The notes under the pieces: model-generated | Database searches by the model: none | Seen by the model: the letters and a program-made list of their open reading frames with translations, nothing else | Told to the model about the DNA's origin: nothing | In this document: in pieces, positions 39,565 to 56,702 of the stretch | Numbering within the stretch: position 1 is the stretch's first letter | Layout: each line of letters begins with the position of its first letter | Position numbers and translations under genes: made by a program | Origin: Eledone cirrhosa | Lineage: Eukaryota | Assembly: GCA_964016885.1 (NCBI GenBank) | Contig: OZ024743.1 | Coordinates: 68,448,001-68,512,000, forward strand | Direction of reading: 5' to 3' | Length of the DNA stretch: 64,000 nucleotides

Positions 39565-40410
39565 AGGGCGGTGGATCAGCATATCGGTAGAGAGTTGGAC
39601 ACCATGCTTTGCAGCATAAAGTTATGGTCCTTTACGATCTGAGTTCAAATCCCGCCGAGGTTAACTTTGCCTTTCATCCTTATGGGGTCGATAAAATATA
39701 GTACCAGTAACGAACTGGGATCGATTTAATGGACTTCCTCTCCCCCAAGTTACTGGTCTTGTGCCTATACTAGAAATCATTATTATTTTGGGGAGTGAAT
39801 TGGCAGTATCGGTAGAGGGTTGGACGCCATGCTTTCTAGCATAGTTACGTCCCTTTACAGTCTGAGTTCAAATCCCGCCGAGGTTAACTTTGCTTTTCAT
39901 CCTTACGAGGTCGATAACATAAAGTACCAGTAATGTACTGGGTAATTGCTGGCCTTGTGCCTAAAGTAGAAACAATTATTATTTAGGGGAGTGGGTCAGC
40001 AGTATCGATAGAGCGTCAGACAACACGCTACACAGCGTAGAGTTACGGCCCTTTAGGTTCTGAGATCAAATCTCGCCGAGGTTAGCTTTGCCTTTCCTCC
40101 TTACGAGGTCAATAAAATAAAGTACCAGTAAGCACTGGGTCGACTTAATCGACTTTCACCTCCCCCAAAATTGCTGGCCTTGTGCCTATAGTAGAAATCC
40201 TTATTATTATTGAAAGGCAGGTGAATTGTCAGTATCGGTAGAGGGTCGGACGCCATGCTTTGCAGCATAGAGTTACGACCCTTTATGATCTGAGTTCAAA
40301 TCCCATCGAGGTTAACTTTGCCTTTCATAATTAAGGAGTAGATAAAATAAGTACCAGTAATACGCTGGCATAATTGCTGGCCTTGGGCCAAAAGTAGAAA
40401 CAATTATTAT
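39565..40410 (+). mobile_element. Head-to-tail array of four Meta-domain-like SINEs
   Basis: Consensus starts at ~39565, 39790, 39985 and 40215, each after a (TAT)n tail. Confidence 0.9.
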
Positions 40411-42022
40411 TGAAGTTTGTTGAAGACTCTGCCCCCATGACCCTCTCAGATAGAAGAAGAAGAAGAAGAAGAAGAAGAAGATTATTGAGCATAGTACTGT
40501 TTGAAAATCGTTAAAATCCTGGACTAAATACTAACAAGGGAAGTTGTATCAATAATCAATATATGGTTGCTCTGATTATTTTCTCGAATTCAATCTGCTA
40601 TATTGGTAATGGTAGATCTTGCCTCATGCTATTAAAAATACCAATAGAGTTGCTTTCCTTTCACCAATCGTGTGATCCTGCTATCCTGTTTTATTTTTCT
40701 CTTATATATTATATTTATTTTCTTTCAATCAATTCTCAGTTTTCTTTTCTGCTACCCACTCCCTCCTACGTAAAGTTTATCTATCCACACATATTTTCAT
40801 TGTCATACTATATACCATTTTAACATTACTTCTCTTATGTACATATTTCATACGCTGAACACAACTCAATCTATTCTTATTTGTCAAGACTTGAATTTCA
40901 TCACTTGCTTATAAGTCCGATGTGAGATTTTCTCAGATAATACACTTCTTCGATATTCATGTGGCGGGGCGGCCAGCGCGTGTGCCCATATTTGCTTATA
41001 ATAGTGAGAGATGAGGAAAGCGGGAGAGACGGAGGCAGTCAAAATTGGAGTTTGGTTCCATTGTGTTCGGACCGTATGTATATATATATATATTTATTTA
41101 CCACCCCAAATTGTATTGATATTTTAATGTCATGCATTGACAATTAATAAAACCACCAAACAACCCAGGAATACTGTATATCATTGCCTGATCTGCTAGA
41201 TTCAGCAGCCAAAACCTCGTTCTTTTTGTATATTGTCTTAAATCTTGAAAATGATTTGCATAATATAGTTTTATATATATTAAGTTTGACAAAAAAGATG
41301 GCGATATCACGGCTAAAATGGAGTTGAACACAATTCTACTTAATGAGAACTGACTTGAATGTAAACGACTAAAAAAATAACGACTTGTTTGTAGAATAAT
41401 TTAAAATTTTAGCTGATGTCACTGATCTCTCAAAGCCACCACATGGTCTCAACTAAACAATGAAAGTTCAGTATAAGATGCTGCAAAATCACATCATCGT
41501 TAAGTCATATGGCTTATTCTTATGGGTTTTCGGTTCGTGATAGTAACGTGATGAGTTCAATTCTCGACTACACGTTGTGTCCTTGGGTAAGACATTGATT
41601 TTCCTTGTGTTTCAGCTCCCTCGGCCGGCAAACATTAGATGTTCCTGTAATACAAAGGACTTGCCTTGTCATAATGTATCAGAATAAATCTCCCGGAGAA
41701 CTACGCTTCCAGTGAACGTGTTTAAGAAACTCTCAATCACTTACACATTAATTTCAGAAGCAAACATTTCCGTTGATCGACCATGTGGAACACTCATCGT
41801 TTGAAACTAAGGAGATCCACTATACAATCATGAGGCTATTCAGAAACTATCTGAAGTATTAGTCGAGTTATCATCTACAGAACTACTGGTTATGCAAGAA
41901 TATGTCAAAATATTAACAAATATTTTAGCACTTCTACATCATATATTGATTGGTCTTTTCACTCCTTTGTAATCACACCTATATATGTGTGTATATGTGT
42001 GTGTATTTATATATAAATCTAC

Positions 42023-42083
<61 letters not shown>

Positions 42084-42127
42084 CGACGAAACATAAGTCA
42101 ATTGCATGAACTCATAATCCTTTATTT

Positions 42128-42183
42128 ACTGCTATATATATTTCGATGATAGCCATTGAATGGCTATGACCTCATCAGGCAGT
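42128..42183 (-). ncRNA. Type I hammerhead ribozyme (family G), intact core
   Basis: Reverse complement: actgc CTGATGA ggtcatagcca ttcaa tggctatcatc GAAA tatata TA gcagt. Confidence 0.88.
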
Positions 42184-42271
42184 TAGTCAGTTCTTAGATA
42201 TACTCTGTGTTTATAGTGTTGATGGTATCAGAGCCTTGGGAATATATATATATATATATATATATATATGG

Positions 42272-42310
<39 letters not shown>

Positions 42311-42361
42311 TATAGATATATATGAGTGTGTGTGTGTATATATATATATGTATATATATAT

Positions 42362-42440
42362 ATACAGGCTGTACCCAAACAATGTATATACACTTTTAAA
42401 TGAATGCTGTTGAAATATGTATAAACTTTTGGGTGACACC

Positions 42441-42445
<5 letters not shown>
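42362..42445. mobile_element. Tiny Tc1/mariner-type MITE
   Basis: TA-caggctgtacccaaa ... tttgggtgacaccctg-TA imperfect TIRs inside (TA)n. Confidence 0.55.
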
Positions 42446-42496
<51 letters not shown>

Positions 42497-44202
42497 GCGT
42501 GCGTGTGTGTGTGTGCGTGTGTGTGTGTGTTTATTTATATATAATGTATACGCTTGAATATATCCATATATGGATATATATTTATATATATATGTGTGTA
42601 TGTGTGTATTTATGTGTATACCCATAACATTTCTCTAGTTAATAGCTTCTCTAGATTGTTATGGCATAGTTCCAGTTTAACCAGAGTTCTCATTCATTTT
42701 TATATTTCCTGTAAAAGAAAAATGGTTGTGATTATTTTTTATTACGTTATTCATTGTTTTGTTTCACATGGTTACCAGTATATACATTTGTGGATTCCAT
42801 TGTTTCTTTGAATAACTGCAGTGCTTTCAGTTTTACTGCAGTCATTTCAGTAAGATCCATCCTGGAATACTGCTGAGATGGAAGAGATCGGTAGCTACAT
42901 CTGCAGCAACCATAAGAATTACGCTTGACTGACTAGCAATGGTTCCTAACACGAATATCACTTACTAATTGGCAGCAAGTGAGGAGGCGCCTGGCCTAGA
43001 GGTTTGGATGCCAGACTTACAATGATACTGTTGTTCGTTCGATTCCTAGACTCGGTCGCGTGTTGCGTTCATTAGCAAAACACTTCGTATTCAGTTGCTC
43101 CATTATAGACAGCCAAATATTAGTATCAGCAATAGCTGGAGATTTAACCATGCTATAACTGGTGACCTGTCCAGCAGAGAACGTGTATTCACATTCGCCT
43201 AACGCCAAGGAAACCGGGATAAACAGCCTATTCAGGCTCAGGGCTTTAGTCAAACTTTAAAGGTTTCATTGCTAAAAGAGTTCAAACATTCGTCAAAATG
43301 TATTGTGTCATTTTCGGCCGGCTTTTTAATTTTTTAGTTCGAATTTCACTAGGTCAACTTTTATTTCGGTCTACTCTCGTCGTTGAATGCGGCGAAATAG
43401 CAGAGTCGTTATAACGTAGGATATAATGGTTTACAGTATTTGTTCTGACTCTCTGCTCTCTAATTCTAAATCCCGCCGCGATACCTTTCATCCATATAAG
43501 TTCAACAAAAAAATACCAGTCTAGTATTTCAGATGATTCTTCCTCTCTATCTCTTTTTCACGTCCTTTCCCTCACTTTCTATCCTTCTCTGTGAAAGATA
43601 TGCTGCATTCAAACCTGGAGAGGAAATGGACCCAACTACGTTTCAAATATGCCCTAGAAATGCTGTATGTGAACGTGGCACCCCTATGACACCCTTAGGA
43701 GTTATGATCCATACATGAACATACTAGTCTTTAAAGTAAATACTTATTTGTTTCTGCGTGGCTTAGTGGGCAGGGTGTTTCGCTTTCAATTGCAAACACG
43801 TGAGTTCGATTCACGGAAACAGGTTATGTTTTCAAGCGTTAAAATATATTTCACAGTACACTAGTCCTTACAACCATACTAGAAATTAAAAGTATCCCCT
43901 TTGTCAAACCATCTGTCACGCTGAATCACCCTATGAATTACACCAAGGGGATAGAGTTTAACTGTACAATCCTCACTTCATGAGCAAGCTGATCCATTGA
44001 CCCAAACAAATAAACATTCATCGTCGACATCGATTGAGCGTCGGATTATTTATATCACCGTATAAAGTCAAGGCAAGAGTTTAAGAAACACTAAAATAAG
44101 AAAGAAAAATGAGGAAAATCATTGTAAGCGAGACTCTAACGATCTTTCCTGTCCAGCGTTTAAAACTAGCAATATATTCATCAATAGTGGGAAGACGAAA
44201 CT

Positions 44203-44390
44203 AATTGTTTCTACTTTTGGCACAAGGCCAGCAATATACCAGTGTATTACTGGTACTTAAGTTTATCGACCCCGTAAGGATGAAAGGCAAAGTTAACCTC
44301 GGTGCGATTTGAACTCAGATCATAAAGGACCGTAACTCTATGCCGAAAAGCATGACGTCCGACCCTCTACCGATACTGCCAATTCACCAT
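44203..44390 (-). mobile_element. Meta-domain-like SINE
   Basis: Consensus match. gggaagacgaaactaat / gggacgacgaaaataat flanks resemble a TSD. Confidence 0.82.
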
Positions 44391-44792
44391 GGGACGACGA
44401 AAATAATATTAGAAATAGGTGGGTTTTGAACTCTGATCAAATAGAGCCGGTATGTATATGGTAAGTTAATTCTGCCGTATCCACACACATGCGAGTACAC
44501 AGAAATACACCACACACACACACATACACACACACAATAATAACTAATTAGATGAAGATAATTTCCCTTGAAGTAATTGCATTTTATTAATTAGAAAAAA
44601 AATTACTTATATATATATATAATTATATTTTCAAAAATTTATTATCAATATCAAATTATTATTCAAATTATATATATATATATATAAATATATATATATA
44701 TGCAGAGGTTATATTTAATTTGTTGGGATTCAACAAGCTTAAACATTTTTATAACTGATATAAAGCACTCAACCAGTTAGTGGAGTAAATAC

Positions 44793-45156
44793 ACAATATA
44801 TTAATAAATGGAAACTATATTTATAATACCATATTTATTTTATAATACATATTTCAAGGGTCACCAAGGCAAATTATGGTGCGCTTTCATCAGATAAAAT
44901 ACAGATTTGTTTTATAAATAAATATTGACCTACTCGGAAAAAAAGACAACCTTAACGGTTGGAGCTTCCTGGACTATCGAGGAAGCTCCAACCGTTAAGG
45001 TTGTCTTTTTTTCCGGGTAGGTCAATATTTATTTATAAAACAAATCTGTATTTTATCTGATGAAAGCGCACCATAATTTGCCTTGGTGACCCTTGAAATA
45101 TGTATTATCAAATAAATATGGTATTATAAATATAGTTTCCATTTATTAATATATTG

Positions 45157-45157
<1 letters not shown>
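44793..45157. repeat. Near-perfect fold-back palindrome (~178-bp arms, 9-nt loop) with an HHR in each arm
   Basis: 44793-44970 is the reverse complement of 44980-45157. Confidence 0.95.
45049..45114 (+). ncRNA. Type I hammerhead ribozyme (family H); twin at 44838-44901(-)
   Basis: tattttat CTGATGA aagcgcacca..tggtgaccctt GAAA tatgta TT atcaaata. Cleavage triplet AUU. Confidence 0.75.
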
Positions 45158-45189
<32 letters not shown>

Positions 45190-45647
45190 ATGTGTGTGTG
45201 TGTGTGTGCGTTTGTATATGTGTGTGTGTGTGCGTTTGTCTGTGTGTGTGTTTGAGTGTGTGAGTGTGTGTGTATATGTATATATATATATATATATATA
45301 CTGTAATTGCATTTGAGGAAAAAATATATATTACAAAATGATTGATGATAGAGGAACTGTCCGTCTTTTACTGTTAAAGTATTGGTTGAATTTCTGGAAA
45401 TGATCGATAACTCGCTAAATTTGACTTGGGTGATAAGTAAAGATTCTTAAAATCACTAAAGTTTCTCTTTGAAAATCGAGGAAGAAAATTTTATAGATTT
45501 TTGTGTATGCGTATATACATATATGTGTGTGCATGAAGCCATGTATGAAAATATATGTATGTACGTGTGCATATGCACACACACTCACACATACAAATAC
45601 ATACCTACAAACATACATACATACCTATATACATATATATATACATT

Positions 45648-45716
<69 letters not shown>

Positions 45717-45884
45717 ATATATGTATCTACATATAAATATATATATGCGTTGTGTGTGTGTGGCAGAGTGTGCACGAGCGCGTGCCTGTATGTATGTGAG
45801 GTGGACAAATTTCAAATTGTTACTTTTTAAAAATACATCATTCAGTCTTTTATGAAAAAAGTTTCCGATTTCCTCAAGCCCCCA

Positions 45885-46021
<137 letters not shown>

Positions 46022-46223
46022 GTGTGTGTGCGTGCATGTGTGTATGTGTTTGTTCAGGTTACATACTTATTTATATACATGTATACATACGCTCTCTCTC
46101 TATCTCACACACACGCACTCACACACTCGCGCACACAAACATATTTATATAAATTTATACATGCATACACACACACTCACACACATATACACGCACACAT
46201 ATATATACATAAACATAGATATA

Positions 46224-46261
<38 letters not shown>

Positions 46262-46344
46262 GATAGACTTATACATACACATACATGTATTTATATATTG
46301 GTATTCACATATATCATTTCTGTTACCCACATCCCTTTCATTCA

Positions 46345-46361
46345 CACTCTCTCTTCTTCTC

Positions 46362-46454
<93 letters not shown>

Positions 46455-46628
46455 CTCTCCCTCTCCATCTCTCTCTCTCTACTCTCTGTATATGTCTCTC
46501 TACTCTCTCTCTCTTCTCCCTCTCTCTCTCTATTCCTCCACTCTCTCTCAATTTTCTCTCTCCCTGTACTCTCTCTCTCATCTCTCTCTCTCTTCTCTCA
46601 CTATCTCGCTCTCTATCTCTCTCTCTCT

Positions 46629-46659
<31 letters not shown>

Positions 46660-46769
46660 CTACAAACTATCTCTCTACTCTCTCTCATTCTCTACTATCT
46701 CTTTAGTCTCTATTTCTACTCTCTCTCTCTCTCTCTTCTCTCACTCTACTCTCTCTCTTCCCTCTATAC

Positions 46770-46804
<35 letters not shown>

Positions 46805-46945
46805 AGTATCTCACTCTCTACAAACTATCTCTCTACTCTCTCTCTCATTCTCTACTCTCCCTCTAGTCTCTCTCTCTCTCTCTACTCTCTCTCTCTCCCT
46901 CTCCCTCTGTTCCTTCCCTCTCTCTACATTCTCTGTCTCTCTCTT
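46345..46945. repeat. (CT)n-rich polypyrimidine tract
   Basis: Directly visible. Confidence 0.9.
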
Positions 46946-47442
46946 TCCTTCGATATTTTTGGGTATCGTTTAGTTTTAGTTCCTGTGATGAGTAATAATA
47001 CGTGGTTTGAAGAAGGAGAAAACTGTTATATTGATGCGAAGATGCTAAATCAGGAATGAAAGATGCCGAGAATTTTGGCGAATATAAAATAAAGTGAAAT
47101 AACGATGATAATAATATTAATAATAACAATAATAATAATAATAATAATGAAGAAGAAGTAGAAGAATAATAATAATAATAAGAAGAAGAAGAAGTAGAAG
47201 AAGAAGAAGTATTGGAAAAAATGAAAAGTACAAAGCAAGAACCTAAACTATATGTCCTGAGAAATACTATTTTTATTTCTTCACTGCGGATCCGAGAATA
47301 CACATATATACTTATATACATATATACTCACATGTATATATATATATATATATATGCATATACTGGTGGACATGAATATAGATTCGTGTATTGAATCATA
47401 GATGCGCACTGAGTGATATATTCATTAATACATACATGTGTA

Positions 47443-47478
<36 letters not shown>

Positions 47479-47557
47479 TGTATGTATGTACTCTCACACT
47501 ATACAGCTATAGGTTTAAATACGTATTGGTGTAACTGAACACACACACACACACACA

Positions 47558-49395
<1,838 letters not shown>

Positions 49396-50692
49396 TTTTG
49401 TTTTGGGGGATTGTTTTTTACTATAGTCCTGGTGGCGATTTTGTTGTTGCAAGTGACTTTGTTAATGTTGTTGCTCTTGCTGCTGCTGTTGTTGTTGTTG
49501 TTGTTGTTGTTGTTGTCGTTACCTTTGTTGCTGTTGGTGACTCTGGTATTGTAGGTGACTTTGTTTTTGTTGTTGCTATTGCTATTGTTGTTGCTGTTTC
49601 TGTTGTCTTTGGTGCTGGTGGTGACTTTGGTGTTGCAGGTGACATTGTTTTTGTTGTTGCTATTGTTGTTGTATGTCTTCTTTTTTTTTTGTTTATGGTT
49701 CTTGTGTTGTTGTCTGTCTTTTTATTGTTGTATTTGTTGTTGTATTTGTATCTGTTGTTGCTATTGTCATTTTTGCTGTTAAATACGTCTTTTGTATTTG
49801 CTGCTATTGTTACATTTGTGTTTGTTATTACTGTTGTTCTTGTTGTTGTTGACTCTGTTTATTGTTGTTGTTGTATATCTTTTTATTACTGTTGTCTTTT
49901 TTTCTTGTTCTTGTTATTTATTCTAGAGGTTACTTTTTCTTTAGTTTATCTGTTGTTTTTTTATACTTTGTCAAGTTTTGCTTTCTTTCTGACGAACATA
50001 TTTTCTTATATTTGTGATATCGTCATCCCCATCGTCGTCGTCGTTGTAGTTGTTGTTGTTGTTGTTTCTGCTGCTGCTGTTGTTGTTGTTGTTGCTGTTG
50101 TTGTTGTTGTTGGTGGTGGTGGTGCTGGTGCTGCTGCTACTGTTACGTTGGGACCTACCCGAATGTTGCCTTTATTATGTAAATATATAGACAACAATGT
50201 TTCCGCTGCCAATAACCTTTATTCAGACATAAGATCTTAATCGGATGGAGGGTTAAATATAAACAAGAACACTTTAAAGAAAACGGCCTTCTATCTTAAC
50301 AGAAGGAGTGGTTTCACGCAGATTCTACCAAAATGTTGAGAGGATATCTATCTACAGTGAGACAGCAGCCTATACTAGTTGGTATATCACTATCGCTATT
50401 AACATTATACTAGCTTTCTTGGAAAACTACTTAAATTCCAACGATGCATTTTCACTTTGTAAACAACATCCACTGTTAATTAGTAGCTAACTAGATTGCA
50501 ATACATCAGATGTCGTTTGACAACATCTATGTCCCAGTTGATACATGGATTATTGGCAGAGTCGTTTGTGCGTCAGATTAATGTTCCGGCTCCCGGCGCT
50601 CTAACTTCAAATACCGACGAGGTCAAATTGCCCCTTGCATCCTTTGGAGGTCAGTACTGGATCGAATGTCTCTCTTTCTCCCCCACCCTCTC

Positions 50693-50724
<32 letters not shown>

Positions 50725-50801
50725 ACGAAGGAGTTGTGGTAAGGATCCAGATGGACTATAACGCACCAGAGAACTGAATACTTAGGGTAGTAGAGTGGGT
50801 A

Positions 50802-50924
50802 ATAGGAAAATGTATGACCCCGACGGCAGAGTTCAAGCCGTTTCGACGGCTATTTCTGGAATAAGTACAGAAATAGCAGTCGAAACGGCTTGAGCTCTGC
50901 CGTCGGGGTCATACATTTTCCTAT
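50802..50924. repeat. Short fold-back palindrome (57-bp arms, 9-nt loop)
   Basis: ataggaaaatgtatgaccccgacggcagag..atttctg pairs with cagaaat..ctctgccgtcggggtcatacattttcctat. Confidence 0.92.
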
Positions 50925-50949
50925 ATATATATATATATATATATACGTT

Positions 50950-51155
50950 TAGCCCTGGTTCAATCGCGGGTAACCATAGTAAGTATAGTACTCAATACAT
51001 AGCAGACTATAAATATTTAATATAGAAATGGCTTCTACCGGACTAGAACTGTTTCATTCGGGAGAAATCATGAGCAAATCATCAGGGCTTCCCGATGATT
51101 TCTCTCGAATGAAACAGTTCAAGTCCTGTAGAAGCCATTTCTATATTAAATATTC
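50950..51155. mobile_element. Family-C HHR element with fold-back; hammerheads at 51030-51086(-) and 51086-51136(+)
   Basis: Plus strand: ggcttc CCGATGA t ttc tctc gaa t GAAA cag ttcaagtc ctg TA gaagcc. 50950-51070 is homologous to 20657-20780. Confidence 0.8.
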
Positions 51156-52059
51156 ACACGCACACACACATACCCATATACACACACACACGCGCACATA
51201 CACACACACACACACACACTTATATATATATATATATATATATATAATAGTATATACAGGTTGATATCATAGTCATATAAGCAAAGAGTAATTCAAAGCT
51301 CAAATGTGATTTAATTATCAACAGCAAGGTAGGTAAAAAAGAATTCAGAGTTTAATCCACTCAGTTAATTTCCAATCACAGTAGTATTACAATATAATAA
51401 ATAGCATATAAAAGTATAAAATATCCAATATTAAATTACATTAAATTATTCAATTTATTTAGGAACGTTTCTCTCAATACACCAAGATGTCCCACAATTC
51501 GCCTCTGTACTGATTTCTTGAGAATCCATTAAACAATATAAATTATATATTTACCATCGACTCTCTCCAACAAGTTGGAATCTTGGACAGACATACGAAC
51601 AGTATGATTTCCTCAAATGGTATCCCGTTCTATGGAATGTATCAAATATTACATTATCTAAAGTATCTTCCATATTGTTAAATCCCAGTTAAGTGATTTG
51701 AGAGAACTCATACGATCATTTGTGAGACTTTTTCTGGGTAGGGGCTAGCTCTATAGGCAGAGATGGTAGTCAATATTTCACCAACATTCTTTTAGCTTGC
51801 AAGAGAAAATGCTAAAATTTGACTTCTACGCTACGGGTGGCCTGTCTAACCTAAAACATATACTCCCTACTCTGATTCTGACTTAGAAATATTTTCATTA
51901 ATATTACTTTCATGTTAAATATTTAAACATTTCGCCAAGTTTGTAGTGTTTCCTATATTCCACCCAACTATTCCATACAATATATATGCAGGGAAAAAAA
52001 AGTATTATTTTATTATTGTTAATATATTGCTATTATCATTATTATTGTTGCTGTTTCTA

Positions 52060-52460
52060 CTGATGTTGTTGTTATTGTTATTGTTGTCGTTGTGTTTTAG
52101 CTGATGTTGTTGTTATTGTTGTTTCTACTTTAATTATTAGTAGTGTTGTTTGTATTGTTGTTGTTGTCGTTGTGTTTTAGCTGATGTTGTTGTTGTTGTT
52201 GTTGTTTCTACTTTAATTATTAGTAGTGTTGTTGGCATTGTTGTTGTTGTCGTTGTGTTTTAGCTGATGTTGTTGTTGTTGTTTCTACTTTAATTATTAG
52301 TAGTGTTGTTGGTATTGTTGTTGTTGTCGTTGTGTTTTAGCTGATGTTGTTGTTGTTGTTGTTGTTTCTACTTTAATTATTAGTAGTGTTGTTGGTATTG
52401 TTGTTGTTGTCGTTGTGTTTTAGCTGATGTTATTGTTGTTGTTCTTGTTTCTACTTTACC
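52060..52460. repeat. ~80-bp minisatellite, about 5 copies
   Basis: gtcgttgtgttttagctgatgttg..tttctactttaattattagtagtg recurs. Confidence 0.9.
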
Positions 52461-52908
52461 CGCTTTGGGTGAAGAGAAACCAGAGTGTTGTTGGTAGTGT
52501 TGCTGTTGTTATATTTGTTAGTGATGGTGTTAGTTGGTAGAGTGGTGGTGCTGGTGATATGATCATTGCTGCTGATCCTGCTGCTGCTGTTATATATCCT
52601 TATTAGCTTATCAACAGTAAAAACAGACCTAATGTTTTTTTCGACATTTGAAAAGAACCTATATGTTCCGGTTTAGTTCAAAGACACACACAAAGGAGAA
52701 ATAAAAAGAACACAACCACAAATACATAATCAATACTAAATAATAAAAAAAATAATAAATATGAAAAAACACAAAGAAACAAACCATAATGTTGTAGTTG
52801 TTGTTACTGCTCTTGTTTTTGTCTACTGTGCTATGATGTTGATAACATTTTATTTGTTTGTTTTTGGTAGTAGAAGAACTGATGTTTGTAGTAGTAATAG
52901 TAGTAGCA

Positions 52909-52943
<35 letters not shown>

Positions 52944-53032
52944 AGCAGCTACCTTGTTGCATTTTTAATAAAGATGTAAATATTTCAATATGATCAATTA
53001 AACCACAAACAAACGCATACACACATACACAA

Positions 53033-53630
<598 letters not shown>

Positions 53631-55884
53631 AAACACCAGCCACACTTGCACAAAAAAAAGATAATTGTATATCCGGCGGAAACTGCTGATAAATCTCTGT
53701 ACGTTTCATATAATCTCTATATTCTTTCAGAATTCTATTCTCTGATTTTTTTTTCTTTCTTTCAATTCATTTCTATCAAATGTATTCTCCTTTCTCTGTT
53801 CTACAATCATTAAATTGTCTTGATCGTTTCTGAAGTTTCACATTTTTCACTTGTAATGTCATCTTACGTTTTTACCATTAAAAATATAATAAATTATTAT
53901 TTTTTAAAATCAGCTATAACAATTATTACTGTATGGCTGTGTGGTTAAACAGTTCATTTCTCCAACATAAGGTTTCGGATCCGCTCCGATTATTTGATAT
54001 CTTAGACAACTGTATTTACATAGCCACAAGTTATCCTCAAACATGTGATTCCGAAAGTATGAAATACAAAAACTCTCTGGTATATTTGATCTTATAACTT
54101 CAAATGTCGTAAATAAATACCTTATAAAATATATTTTCTTCGCTCTCTACAAATATTATCAATTCACTACCTTAGCAGATATAATTTTCTGTCGTTTTAA
54201 ATAATGTGGAACATGTCCACAGAGGTGGAGGATAAGGAATTATTATTGATCTAATCAACACGAGAATTCCAACGGTATATACTTGAGAGCAGGATAAGGA
54301 AATTCAAAATCTAAATGGCTGGTATTCAAAGGAAAAAGGAACTGTGACGTGTCTACAACTCTATTTCCCTTTCAATAAGATTATCATCTGTTGCTCGTAT
54401 TATCCATTTAGCTTTTCCTACCCTTAAATGACAAGAGTTTAAAAACTGTTTAATCTAGGAAGAGCGACTAATGATTAAAGCTTTCTTTGTGATCCTGTGG
54501 GATCAAAAAGTTATATAAATAAATATAAAAGATATATATATATATATATATTGCACCCATTCAACAAATTATGGTTTAAAACCCTATTCATTTGCACATA
54601 TTCTACTATGCAGATGACCACAGGACTATGATGAAGGTGGTCAGTTAAGTCTTTTATAAGATTAAAGCTTCCTTTGCTTCAAATAGTTATGCTTATTAAA
54701 TCTACATATGTTTGATAATCTGACTTAAATTGTTTATTCACCCTCCTAAGTAATAAAATGACCTTACATAGTGTCATATACTATCTTTCAGCGGATGCAA
54801 GGTGTTTCACTGCATGTATCAGAAAAATCCTAACACACCACTTGTTATTTGAAGCTTCAAGAAAACTTCATGTAGCTTTGGCAACTTATAGGGAGAACAC
54901 CTTTATTCTCTCTTGTGACAGCATTAGATAGAAAAACACAGGATTATATGACATACCGATATTATGTAATCTACCATTCTTCTCACTGTTTTGTGTACAA
55001 AGTTAATCATTTTAAGGTTTTGTTTGAGCAAGAAGACATTATTCACCCATCCAAATTTCTATCCTTACTTTCGTTTGAGAAATGCTGTCCTTCTAGGTGT
55101 ATGCCATAGTATGTATGCGTGGTGAAAGTGTTTACAAGTTAGTTATGCGATCTTTAAGACCCGCGTTCAATTTCACTCCATGGTAACTTGCGTATATTGC
55201 ATTTAAGATTACCTTGAGTCTATCAAATCGTTGTAAGTGAAAGTGTGTAGATATAAAGTAATTTGAAGCCCATTAAATAGAGTGATCCTATATTTCATAT
55301 GGTCCGCCTTATCACGCTTTATCACTCACCGGATTTAATTTCAGTTAATTTTCTTATAAATGCTCTGTAATTTGCACGATAATTTGATGAACGTGATGTT
55401 CAGTTGAGATTCAATCCATGTTTGTGGGTATGTATGCGTGTGTATGTATGTGTGTGTATGCATGTTTGTGTATATATGCATGTGTATATATGTTTGTGTA
55501 TATATGTATGTGTGTGTAATTATGAATATGTTCGTGCGTGTGTGCATGTGACATTGTTGTTTCTGTTTTTGTCTATTTGTTATTTTTACACCAAACAGAA
55601 ATGTCAATGTTTTTCTCATTCACAGTGCATGTATTTAGCAGGCATATTTTTGTTAGTTTCCCTTTTCTTTGGATGTTTACAATTACAATATTACCTTGTA
55701 TGGAAACACGTTCCCTTTCAGTATAGCTGTTTTAGTAGGCGTGCCGCGTCGCCATTTTGTATACATATATTAACAAGAGAGAAAACAATGCGCTCGCTAG
55801 AGACCATTTTTATCATGTGAACCCTGTATGAGTAGTCTTACAACATCCAAGTGTTCCCTCTATAATAATAATAATAATAATAAT

Positions 55885-55921
<37 letters not shown>

Positions 55922-56188
55922 TTGAAAATAATAACGAAAATAAATATTTTTGTGCAGTTTCCACTTGTTAGGATACAGCCTCGAGGCTATATAAAAAAAC
56001 ACGTCTAAACAGGTTAGCACATAATAATAATACTATAAATTGAGAACTTCAGATAGCCGATACAATGCGGTATGATATGAATATATATACACACATACTT
56101 AAACAAACACATACACACACACATACACACACACACATCTATCTATCTATCTTTATTATATATATATATATATATATATATTATTATA

Positions 56189-56220
<32 letters not shown>

Positions 56221-56247
56221 CTATTATATATATATATATATATATAC

Positions 56248-56444
<197 letters not shown>

Positions 56445-56646
56445 GTGGTATTGGGGCAAAAGATGACAAACAAAACAAAAATGTTATTTTACTGGATAAA
56501 AAATATATAGGAATACATACATAGAAATATACATATATACATCCGTCCATCCATCAATCCTTGCATGTATACATATATACATACATACACAGGTTTCTTA
56601 ATTTCTTTTTCAGTCTAACACTTCTATATGTTCACTTACTGTCTAT

Positions 56647-56702
<56 letters not shown>

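Noticed and set aside
39565-39660. tRNA genes (A and B boxes)
   Set aside because: SINE heads. No cloverleaf, and followed by SINE core and tail.
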